Below, in pieces: positions 1 through 6,933 of a DNA stretch of 64,000 bases (position 1 is its first letter; every line of letters begins with the position of its first letter). The stretch spans positions 7,916 through 71,915 of IMG/VR virus record IMGVR_UViG_2974672904_000001; one strand, written 5' to 3'. A program made the translations under genes and the position numbers. The stretch comes from a virus. Its lineage: Duplodnaviria > Caudoviricetes. Under the pieces are notes generated by a model. The model worked only from the letters and a program-made list of their open reading frames with translations. It did no database searches and was not told where the DNA came from.

Positions 1-276
1 TCCCCACACGAGGTTATCTTTATGAGGATTACTGGGGTCATCATCTAAGTGAAGTACCACGGTATATTTTCTGGGATGAGGATTTTGAACAAACGTCTTT
101 GCTACCAACCTGTGTATGGCAGTTGTTGTACGTTTGCCATTCTTGTAGACCTTTACACAAGGGTATCCTTGAGTATTTAGGTAAGGAGAAAGTTGCTGTC
201 CCTTAGCATTAAACAATGCACCATCCTCACGGAGAATATACCTAAGGGCATACCCTGCAACGTAACGGTGTTCCAT
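1..276 (-). CDS. HNH homing endonuclease (HNH_3 / I-HmuI-like), 3' end truncated by the window edge; not in the supplied ORF track
   Basis: Manual translation from ATG at 276 (SD AGGAAAAC): MEHRYVAGYALRYILREDGALFNAKGQQLSPYLNTQGYPCVKVYKNGKRTTTAIHRLVAKTFVQNPHPRKYTVVLHLDDDPSNPHKDNLVWG. Contains the HRLVA..F and H.DD...N....NL.W motifs. Confidence 0.85.
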   Translation of the reverse strand, partial: MEHRYVAGYALRYILREDGALFNAKGQQLSPYLNTQGYPCVKVYKNGKRTTTAIHRLVAKTFVQNPHPRKYTVVLHLDDDPSNPHKDNLVWG

Positions 277-289
277 AGTTTTCCTTTCT

Positions 290-669
290 GGTTACTCATC
301 TTGAAAACACCCTCCCCTCCTAAGTAAAACCACTCACAAAAGGAATAAAAATGAGAAAGATGCTTTCAAAATGAGTGGCTCGTTCTATGGAGGTGAGCCA
401 GACCTCCCGCGCTTATTTTTACGTGTAGGTGGCAAACACGACAATAAGAAGTTTTTTACATGGGTCATCTAATGTTCTTTCCACGGAAGAACTTTACAGT
501 GTCCTTCATTCATCTCGGATTAGCGATTCCAAGCCGTATATTTTACATGTCTTACGTAGCAACATGTGCTCTAGGTAGCTTTTACATCCGTTGAATACCC
601 TAGTTGTGGATGGGGTCTGTGTGAACCAAGACCTGTTAAGCCAGTGGGTTGATAGCCCTTAACTTGGTT
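290..669 (-). ncRNA. Putative structured non-coding RNA B (pseudoknot-like modules plus long hairpin)
   Basis: No ORF. 16-bp helix 294-309/361-376 whose two non-Watson-Crick pairs are G-U only in minus sense. Inverted repeat GAACCAAG 623-630/663-670. Three H-type pseudoknot-like modules (402-440, 533-567, 571-612), each first stem ending at GUAAAA. Confidence 0.6.
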
Positions 670-1059
670 CTATGTGATATCCTCAAAAAGAAGATATCGA
701 CATTCTTCATTGTGGCCTAAAGAATAAATAGGCACACCTAAACTTCGCATATATGTGATTCGAGAAGCAACTTTACTGCGAGTAGAACGGGTAAGTTTCA
801 CAAGGTCGTCTAGGTAGACGGGAGTGCCTTTCTCTAATTGAGCTAACACTTCATGGTAATAAGTGTCATAGCCCCGTTTACCATCATTGAGGGAATACTG
901 GCCATAGCCTACACGTTTCAAAACACCCTCTTGGGTCAAACGCCACAGGGCAGTACGAACAGTGTTCTCATTGCATTCAGGGAAGTGTTTACGAAGGGTG
1001 GCAACACGCATTTCTCCGTGTTCCTGTATTAACTGCTTAATCTTTGTTGCGACTGACAT
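670..1059 (-). CDS. Tandem winged helix-turn-helix nucleic-acid-binding protein (129 aa)
   Basis: SD GGAGAGGAG. N-terminal half ...NTVRTALWRLTQEGVLKRVGYGQYSL (AbiEi-N-like wHTH pattern); C-terminal half ...DDLVKLTRSTRSKVASRITYMRSLGVPI (HTH_11/BirA-like pattern). Confidence 0.6.
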   Translation of the reverse strand: MSVATKIKQLIQEHGEMRVATLRKHFPECNENTVRTALWRLTQEGVLKRVGYGQYSLNDGKRGYDTYYHEVLAQLEKGTPVYLDDLVKLTRSTRSKVASRITYMRSLGVPIYSLGHNEECRYLLFEDIT

Positions 1060-1074
1060 AATCTCCTCTCCATT

Positions 1075-1372
1075 AAGAAAACAATTTCAGTGAATGAGTG
1101 CAGGGCTTATAACCCTGCTCGAAGTCCAGTATTTTAATTCCGACTCTCGGAATTCTTCGGGGCTGTGTAGCACCGTCAGAGTCACTTTTTATGTAGTAAC
1201 AGACAACTAAGTCTGTTGGGTAGACAGGATACACTCCGAAAAGTACATCCCGATATGCCTCCTGTTCTTATAGGAACGAATCAACGATGGAAGTAATTGA
1301 TTGTTTCTCAGGAGGCATACCTGTTACCTCAAATGGGTAAGAGGGATACCGATGACGCATCCCTCTGACTCC
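1075..1372 (-). ncRNA. Putative structured non-coding RNA A
   Basis: About 300 nt with no ORF. Perfect 11-bp inverted repeat 1254-1264/1309-1319. Hairpins 1100-1118, 1142-1147/1178-1183, 1198-1217, 1324-1340, 1341-1365. Hairpin 1226-1251 has three G-U pairs in minus sense and a UUCG loop. Confidence 0.62.
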
Positions 1373-1373
1373 A

Positions 1374-3014
1374 TTATTTTAGGAGACGCATAATAGCATC
1401 TTCTTGCTCTTTTTCTACCCCAAGAGCGCCCCAACCTTTTTTAGCTTGACGCTTAATGGCAAGAGCTTCTTGTGCCTGTTCCTCGGTAGTTACAGGAAGT
1501 AGAGCAGCTAGTTTAGCCCGTGGAGATTCCTTCTTAGGAGCCTTCGGCTTAGGTGCAGACTTAGGTTTAGCCTTAGCTTTCGCTTTCGGTTTTTCCTTAG
1601 CCTTAGCCACTTCTTTGAGAGTCTCTTTCAGCTTCTCAGTAGGTTTAGCTTTGTCCACAGATTTTCTCTCTGCTTTCTTGGCTACCTCTTTAGCATCCAG
1701 AGATTTTCCCTCAAGAGGGGTAGAAGGGTCATTCACATCTTCATCAGCGATGATAGCTGATTCAGGTACCACATCTTCTTCTGCTACTTTAGTAGGGGTA
1801 GAAGTGCCCCCTGCTGTTTCATAACTAATGTTGTCCTGACTTCTGCCCTGCAAGGTAACATACTGCGTTACCCCTACGTGGTTACCCGCTAGAAGCTTAG
1901 CAATGACTTCATCTGCACCTTTGACCGTACCCAAAGAAACGTTCTGGCTAAGGGCATCGAACATCTTATCATTAGCTTTCCCGATGACGTGGTAACGACA
2001 ACAACGAATCTTAGTCGTATCGTAAGTAGGGACAGCAATAATGTCTTCAGGGGCTATTTTGATAAACAGAATAGCCCCACCGTGGAAAGACCTTAGGTAA
2101 GAGCGAGACGCTACATGTAGCCCATAAGAACAGGAAGCAGCACGGGAAGAATCCACATAGTCAATGCCCATCTGAACCACTGAACCTACTTTCTGTTTCA
2201 CCTTACCTGTATGAGAATCTGCATAGAGACCTTGTGTCGCATCTAAGATTTTCACACGCTTGTAAGCCAAGATAGAACCGTCGTCCATAATAGGGAGGTC
2301 AGCGTGTTTTAAGAAGGAAATTAAGTCCTCCACAGAGTGCTGACGTTCATGAATCATCTTGCTCAAACGAATCATGAGATTATCCATCCCTTTGATACGT
2401 CCTGCTTTCGTTGCATGTGTAACCTGAGTTTTCAAGTTATCTGCGTTAGGCAGGACAGTATCCCCTACAACAGCTACGGTAACAGCATCATTATTATCTT
2501 TACGCTGAGAAGCATGAAGAGAAGATGTTGTATCCCCTACCGGACGAGTCTCAGGTTTATCATTAATAATGTCTTTTACAGCTTGACGATGTTTCTGACG
2601 ACTCTGTTCTTGAGCAGATATCTGAGGCTTTGGTGCTACAGTATCTACAACTGGGGGTGCAGGAGTAACAGGTTCAGGCTCATCTGTTTTGAACTCTGTC
2701 TGTCCTACTTCTTGAGGAGTCAGTTCTTCTACAGGAGCAAAGAGAGTTTCTGCAAACTTTCTCGCCACACGGAAGAACTTAACCACACCTGCCGATTGCT
2801 CAGCATAGATTTCAAATTCAGCACTGGATACCTTTTGCTGTACAGGCATCAGGGCTACTTGGTGATTAACAATGTCATCCATTGCATCATAAAGAATCTT
2901 GGTATCAGCAATGTCACCTTGCTTCACAAGAATGGTAGTACCGTCTGAACGATACAGGGTGACGATAGTGGGGCTAACCACTATCCCTACAATTTTCATC
3001 TTATCCATTTTCAT
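1374..3014 (-). CDS. rIIB: rIIB-like protein
   Basis: Motifs LPIMDDGSILAYKRV, SCSYGLHVAS..Y, IKIAPEDIIAVPTYDTTKIRCCRY; lies directly after rIIA with a 4-nt overlap. Confidence 0.9.
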   Translation of the reverse strand: MKMDKMKIVGIVVSPTIVTLYRSDGTTILVKQGDIADTKILYDAMDDIVNHQVALMPVQQKVSSAEFEIYAEQSAGVVKFFRVARKFAETLFAPVEELTPQEVGQTEFKTDEPEPVTPAPPVVDTVAPKPQISAQEQSRQKHRQAVKDIINDKPETRPVGDTTSSLHASQRKDNNDAVTVAVVGDTVLPNADNLKTQVTHATKAGRIKGMDNLMIRLSKMIHERQHSVEDLISFLKHADLPIMDDGSILAYKRVKILDATQGLYADSHTGKVKQKVGSVVQMGIDYVDSSRAASCSYGLHVASRSYLRSFHGGAILFIKIAPEDIIAVPTYDTTKIRCCRYHVIGKANDKMFDALSQNVSLGTVKGADEVIAKLLAGNHVGVTQYVTLQGRSQDNISYETAGGTSTPTKVAEEDVVPESAIIADEDVNDPSTPLEGKSLDAKEVAKKAERKSVDKAKPTEKLKETLKEVAKAKEKPKAKAKAKPKSAPKPKAPKKESPRAKLAALLPVTTEEQAQEALAIKRQAKKGWGALGVEKEQEDAIMRLLK

Positions 3015-5563
3015 TCCTTGGTTATTTTAGCTAATGCTCGAAGAACTCTACGGTTGCACTCAAGAGTCTCCTTGTTATGAATACTTGCCATATTGTCAAT
3101 GTATACGGATATAACACCATCATGCACAGGAACACACTTCTTCCATTTATTAACCAATCGGTCAATGAATGGGTATGGCTTCACTGACTTTTTCATCTGG
3201 TCATAAGCCTTAGAGGTATTATTATCCATGTGATATTTGGCAATATTCGATATCGGAGATTTTTCCCTCTCAGGACGTTCAACCTTTTTCACATCGAATA
3301 AATACAGTAAGTTTTTATCCCCATCTATCATTCGTTGCAGTACACGGGTATAGAAAGGCCACCCTCGTACCTTCAGGGCATAGTTTCGTGAGACTGTATG
3401 TGCTGCTCTCGCTTTGAACCAAGCAGATTTTTTCATGTAAGCATCGGCATCTTTTGTCACTAACTCTGAGAAAGATATCTCTGTTTTAGCTTTAAGATAC
3501 TGAGGCTGTGTCATCACTATGCCCACCTCGTTACCATACACTTCAGCAAGGTCTGCCACGATAAAGCTAAATACTGTACCAGTAGCTTCACACTTGATGG
3601 TTGCTTTAGGGGTATCCTTATTTAAAGCAATCTGAACAATGGCTTTAGGTTTTGCAATATAAGCAGGATACGCACGTTTACGGTACGTAGTAACATCTAC
3701 CTTACCTTGTGCATCGAGTAGGTTAGATAGAGCAAGTACATGCCCCTGCTTATTGAAGATAGGGGCATCCCCTTTATTCACTAAACGGGTTATCTCCGCT
3801 TTCTTCTGAACCTCTGCCCGTTCTACGAAGATTCGCTTCACATGATGCGGGTCAGCTTCTTTGGATACAGTAAGGTCTTCTACGTGATAACCTGCTTGTG
3901 TATAAGTCTCCACAGCATGTTTTACAGCTTCACGAGAACGTTTATGCAAAACCTGAATTAATACCCCTTCAGGACGGAAATCCTTACCATAGAGTTGGCG
4001 TAAACGGGCACGAGCAATCTCATAGGTGTTCTGCTTTGTGAAGGTCAATAGAATAGTTTTCTTCAATGCCCCTGTAGGATTCAGCACATTGTCCAACTTT
4101 CTAACTTCTAAGTAAGGGGGACGAGCATCTGAAGGTTCATATACAGCCTGTCTCAAGGACATCATCAACAGGGGACGTTTAGAGAGGTCTTCGTCATTAA
4201 TATGAGCAATGACAGCTTTCTTCCACAACCCCTGCACCATGTTGCGTACAGAGACGCTAAAGCCCCTAGGCATATAGTGGCGTGTACGGGTTCTTGACGT
4301 TTTCCCCATAAGGCGTTTCACCTCGTCTGACCATGATGCATACATTTGGCGTTCCTGAGGAGGGAGTGCCTCGATACGGCTGCACAGGTCTTTTATATAA
4401 GGAGGAAAGAACTTATACGTAATGCGTGATTCTGCTAACACAGAGGACAGTGCTAAGTGACGGAAACTCACATTATTACTATCAGGAGCACTATTCCACT
4501 CTCTGGAAAGGTCAGAAGTTAGCGTTAATGCTTTATTGGCTTCATAGATTTCCTCAAAGATAGGAAGCTCTTTCCGTTCGGCATATAACCCGTCTGTAAC
4601 GGCTTTTATCTCTTTATCCAAGGCTTCGGGTACCTTAGCAAAGAACTCGTCAAATAAGCCCTGTACAGCCTTCACAGTAATGTCCTGCATCGACATTTCT
4701 TCACGACTAGGTGTAATAGCAAGGCTGTCAGGTTTAGCTTGAAGAATGAGGTTGTAATTACAACGACCGCTTACATGGTCAAGCAAGTTTCCAATCAGTT
4801 CATAATCGTCATGATAGTCTTCATGGTCAGAAAGGGGATAAACCACATTCCCATAACGAACATAGATGCTTCTTGTGTTGGTCATGCCCGTTGCATACTG
4901 AGGAACAAATGCAAAAGAATTCTCATCCATGCTCATGTCTAATGTAGGGAGAATCTCACCATCCATGTCACACGATATAGAACCAAGAAATACCACTTCA
5001 CGAATAATACTGTGAATATTTCGGATGGTATTTTCAGGTACTGGAATACGTAGCGTAAGTCCTGTTCTCACTGTAGGGAGAGACACAATAGGAGTGAAGC
5101 TAGGGAACCCATCTTTATTTGGGTCAGAGCGAAGCATACGATAGATAGTGCGAACACCTCCATGATATGCAGTCACTTCAAAATTGTCAGTATAGGCATA
5201 CGGAGATTTACACCCGTAACCAAAACCACCTGTTTGACGACCATCGTTTTTCTTAGTTGAATTACCAATCGTACAATACACTTCACCCATCTTAGCGTGA
5301 GGGATACCTGTACCACTGTCTTCAATAACCAGATGACCATCATCTATGGCTACTTTAATTGGAGTGCTGGTGGTGCCATTGGCAATATGAGAATCCCATG
5401 CATTACACAAGGCTTCACGAACCATTGCATACAGAGGGTTCTTATACAAAGAAGCAAAGAATACTTTGAATGCTTCTGGGGTTTGGGCAAATGTAAATGC
5501 CTGACTTTGACCTGAGGCTACTAGAGCACTCTCAACTTGGTCGGAGACTTTGGATACTTCCAT
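3011..5563 (-). CDS. rIIA: rIIA-like protein (N-terminal GHKL ATPase domain)
   Basis: GHKL motifs REALCNAWDSH, IEDSGTGI, STK..DGRQTGGFGYGCKSPYAYTDNF; 850 aa; precedes rIIB. Confidence 0.92.
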   Translation of the reverse strand: MEVSKVSDQVESALVASGQSQAFTFAQTPEAFKVFFASLYKNPLYAMVREALCNAWDSHIANGTTSTPIKVAIDDGHLVIEDSGTGIPHAKMGEVYCTIGNSTKKNDGRQTGGFGYGCKSPYAYTDNFEVTAYHGGVRTIYRMLRSDPNKDGFPSFTPIVSLPTVRTGLTLRIPVPENTIRNIHSIIREVVFLGSISCDMDGEILPTLDMSMDENSFAFVPQYATGMTNTRSIYVRYGNVVYPLSDHEDYHDDYELIGNLLDHVSGRCNYNLILQAKPDSLAITPSREEMSMQDITVKAVQGLFDEFFAKVPEALDKEIKAVTDGLYAERKELPIFEEIYEANKALTLTSDLSREWNSAPDSNNVSFRHLALSSVLAESRITYKFFPPYIKDLCSRIEALPPQERQMYASWSDEVKRLMGKTSRTRTRHYMPRGFSVSVRNMVQGLWKKAVIAHINDEDLSKRPLLMMSLRQAVYEPSDARPPYLEVRKLDNVLNPTGALKKTILLTFTKQNTYEIARARLRQLYGKDFRPEGVLIQVLHKRSREAVKHAVETYTQAGYHVEDLTVSKEADPHHVKRIFVERAEVQKKAEITRLVNKGDAPIFNKQGHVLALSNLLDAQGKVDVTTYRKRAYPAYIAKPKAIVQIALNKDTPKATIKCEATGTVFSFIVADLAEVYGNEVGIVMTQPQYLKAKTEISFSELVTKDADAYMKKSAWFKARAAHTVSRNYALKVRGWPFYTRVLQRMIDGDKNLLYLFDVKKVERPEREKSPISNIAKYHMDNNTSKAYDQMKKSVKPYPFIDRLVNKWKKCVPVHDGVISVYIDNMASIHNKETLECNRRVLRALAKITKE

Positions 5564-5594
5564 AATTTAATTCCTTGGTTGAAAGGGTTAAACA

Positions 5595-6068
5595 CTATAA
5601 ACGTGGGTCTATGCCTTTGGCAAAATCCACTACGACAATATCGACATTAGGAGTTGCATCATTAATGATGGCTTCAATCCATTCCCAATTGCCTAAACCA
5701 AGACCTGCACCAATACGAGGGATATAGATAATATGTCCCTGCCATATATCGTTGACGGTCATGAAACCTTTCCCTACGGCTGCGTAGTTAACCTGACGAG
5801 TATTTCGACTTGTCTTAGCTTGGGTGTACATATTAATGACAGTGAACTGAGGGCAGTTATGGACAGAATATGCCCCTAAGATAGGGGTAGGCATTCGTTT
5901 GTCTGCATTCTCTACGGCAGGACAAAAATTAGCAAGCTGACGTGCAATACCTGCACCCATTGTTTTCTGACAATTACAGCCATGCACCATTACCATTGGT
6001 GACGTGGTGCCGTACTGGGCATTGTGTAGCATGGTGACTAAATCACCTTTTACATAATCAACAATCAT
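5595..6068 (-). CDS. Macro-domain ADP-ribose binding/hydrolase protein (phage Poa1p/DarG-like)
   Basis: VKGDL, VHGCNCQKTMGAGIARQL, VINMYTQ and PRIGAGLG.G.W are macro-domain motifs. Confidence 0.88.
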   Translation of the reverse strand: MIVDYVKGDLVTMLHNAQYGTTSPMVMVHGCNCQKTMGAGIARQLANFCPAVENADKRMPTPILGAYSVHNCPQFTVINMYTQAKTSRNTRQVNYAAVGKGFMTVNDIWQGHIIYIPRIGAGLGLGNWEWIEAIINDATPNVDIVVVDFAKGIDPRL

Positions 6069-6184
6069 GAGTTTTCCTTTTTGGTTGAATTCAGAGAATT
6101 ATCCCTCTGATGGAATACTTTGGTATCTGTGCTACTTCATGTATCCTATATAGTTGTATACAGTTTAAATAAAGGCACTCCCCT

Positions 6185-6925
6185 ATGACTACTAAGCTAA
6201 CCGTTGTTACTACATCTGATAGCATTGAAGATTTCTTTGAACGTGTTCCTAAGAACATGAAGAAACACCTTCACCCAAAACTTGAGCAAGAAATTGTTAA
6301 GCAGTTAGAAGCTGATGAAACTGGTGATATGTACCGAGACACTCTCATCACTAACACTGATTTGATGAGCAAATACTCAAGCAATCCTGAACGCTATTCA
6401 CGAGCAGTAAAGTTTGTGTCTTGCCTTAATCTGGGTAAGAAAGTGTATGAGGCATTCGCCCTATCACACCCTGAGAAGTACCATGAGTACCGTCAAGAGA
6501 TGCGTAATGGCAATCTCACTAAATCAACGCTTACCAAGAAACTGAGTCTGAAAGGAGCTAACTTCAAAAAGACGCAGATGGTAACAGAGCTGATGGCTCG
6601 AAGCATGATTCCTCTGGCACTGACTTACGACCATTACCGTCATGAAGGTGTTCAGGTGTTAGCTAACCTGATGCACAATGCAGATTCGGAGCGTGTTCAA
6701 ATGGAATCAGCAGACAAACTACTGACCCATCTGAATCTGGATACAACGGAGTTCAAAACTTCTGCTGATGTGGAAGAATCGACTTCAAGTGCAATTTCAA
6801 TGCTGGCAAGTACACTGGATAAAATGGTAGATATCCATAAAGAGCAACGAGCCTCTGACCCTAAATTGAAGAACTCTGAGGTAATGGATGCCATTATCGT
6901 AGAAGCAACTAAGCACACTAAATAA
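6185..6925 (+). CDS. Probable terminase small subunit (N4 gp69-like position)
   Basis: Immediately upstream of TerL; helical protein; assignment mainly from synteny. Confidence 0.55.
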   Translation: MTTKLTVVTTSDSIEDFFERVPKNMKKHLHPKLEQEIVKQLEADETGDMYRDTLITNTDLMSKYSSNPERYSRAVKFVSCLNLGKKVYEAFALSHPEKYHEYRQEMRNGNLTKSTLTKKLSLKGANFKKTQMVTELMARSMIPLALTYDHYRHEGVQVLANLMHNADSERVQMESADKLLTHLNLDTTEFKTSADVEESTSSAISMLASTLDKMVDIHKEQRASDPKLKNSEVMDAIIVEATKHTK

Positions 6926-6933
6926 GGACATCT

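Noticed and set aside
532-560. AGCCGTAT resembling the start of group II intron domain V
   Set aside because: Only 8 nt match, no domain V hairpin or domain VI, wrong strand relative to G-U evidence, and no reverse transcriptase in the window.
290-669. tmRNA, tRNA or group I intron interpretation of RNA B
   Set aside because: No acceptor stem/CCA, canonical T-loop or tag reading frame; no P/Q/R/S elements like those at 56836-57688; rIIB and the wHTH gene look complete, so there are no exons to join.
1456-1824. Plus-strand 122-aa Ala/Ser/Leu-rich ORF
   Set aside because: Antisense shadow of the Lys/Ala/Pro tract of rIIB; no SD.
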